A DNA stretch of 64,000 bases from Felis catus. Taxonomy: Eukaryota. Under the pieces are notes generated by a model. That model searched no databases, was not told the origin of the DNA, and saw only the letters and a program-made list of their open reading frames with translations. The position numbers and the translations under genes are program-made. Shown piece after piece: positions 62,961 to 64,000 of this stretch; positions within the stretch are counted from its first letter, which is position 1, and each line of letters starts with the position of its first letter. The stretch spans positions 113,398,001 to 113,462,000 of the forward strand of contig NC_058368.1 in assembly GCF_018350175.1 (NCBI RefSeq), read 5' to 3'.

Positions 62961-64000
62961 TCACAGAAGGCTGAAGAGGACAAGGAGACAGGAAGAAAGC
63001 AGCAGGGAGGGAAGGTACAGTTGTCTACTTGTACATCACCTGCACAAAGTACCTATCATGTGAATACACTGCAAACAGACGCTTAACTTTTAATGTTGTT
63101 CTTGTACTGGGAATTAAAGGGGAAACCAGACAGTGTCATGCAATGTGACAAACCAGAGACGCCAGACTCAAGCTCAGGACAAGCTTGGATTTGTCTCTAC
63201 TTGAGACCTGATTTAAAGCATCCTGAAAGGGGTGCAGACGAGAGTATACAGCCACAAATGCACATGACATATCAGTTTCCTGGTGTTTCCAGCATCTACA
63301 AATGCCTCCAGGAGAAGCAACGGGTAAAAACTGTGTGGAACAACACTGAGAGGCTTGATGTGAGTTCAAAAATAAATTCCTCCAATTGTAAATAAGTTAG
63401 ATGCTCACAGGCTGAGATGTCTCCTTCATGTGAGGAGCTCAGACTCCGCGAAGGAAAATAACAACAAAGCNNNNNNNNNNNNNNNNNNNNNNNNNNNNNN
63501 NNNNNNNNNNNNNNNNNNNNNNNNNNNNNNNNNNNNNNNNNNNNNNNNNNNNNNNNNNNNNNNNNNNNNNNNNNNNNNNNNNNNNNNNNNNNNNNNNNNN
63601 NNCGCTGGACAAGAGGTTTCAGAAAAGCAACGGCTGATCTTGCTTAAAGAACGTCATCCATATTCACGTCCTGAATGCACCCTAATCAACAAATCCAAGT
63701 GCTCAGCTAATTAAATGCTGATTGCTTGTTACACAAGGGTGAAAGTCAACCATCTTAGCCAAGGTTTGAGTTATTCTAAGAAGTGATGATAGTTAAGCTT
63801 TTTTGAGCCATTTTATGCCTAATGAGTACATTACTCTTAATGAAACTTCATTCAGGATAATGGATTACCTTGGTTTAACAAATAACTAACAGATGACTTT
63901 CTGGTTTTTTATTCCCCAAATCCTGTAACTGACACTGTAGACATGGCTGATAAACTTTGAGCACTTTTCTGTTCTTGACCAGTGACAGTCCAAAAAGGAT

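Larger units (their letters stand above)
346..63602. other. Seven separate assembly gaps (N runs)
   Basis: 346-477, 1183-1328, 18660-18819, 22263-22452, 23786-24034, 35655-35782, 63471-63602. Confidence 0.99.
6484..64000 (-). other. SPOCK1: SPOCK1 intron upstream of the exon (runs past the window end)
   Basis: No sequence encoding the preceding DDYFRNWNPNKPFDQ exon was seen; SPOCK1 is known to have very long introns. Confidence 0.8.

Noticed and set aside
252-63714. ORFs with X runs and SINE/microsatellite-derived ORFs (e.g. GSSPASGSVLTAQS, CVCVCV, ERERER)
   Set aside because: Artefacts of N gaps and translated repeats.

Overview
Mammalian genomic DNA from a feliform carnivore (feliform-type Can-SINEs throughout), with seven N gaps. 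The window appears to lie inside SPOCK1 (testican-1), transcribed on the minus strand. I found only one coding exon (6369-6483, 115 nt, ALDPSKDPCLKVKCSPHKVCVTQDYQTALCVSRKHLLPR); the rest is intron filled with Can-SINE, L1, L2, MIR, MaLR/ERVL LTR and hAT relics. There are four notable structures. (1) A 5'-truncated EEF2 processed pseudogene runs about 400 nt past the usual 3' end and is joined in the same orientation to an L1 3' end; it is a probable template-switch chimera nested in a split MLT1 LTR inside an older L1. (2) An inverted repeat I could not assign to any family has ~125-140 bp arms at ~90% identity (39100-39240 / 39752-39874) and would fold in the SPOCK1 pre-mRNA. (3) A 25-nt tailless U6 retrocopy has a 16-bp TSD. 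(4) A CpG-rich patch ~1.1 kb upstream of the exon has a strong-Kozak hydrophobic ORF that could splice in frame. No CRISPR or prokaryote-type system is present. Repeat family names come from recognition by eye and their boundaries are approximate.
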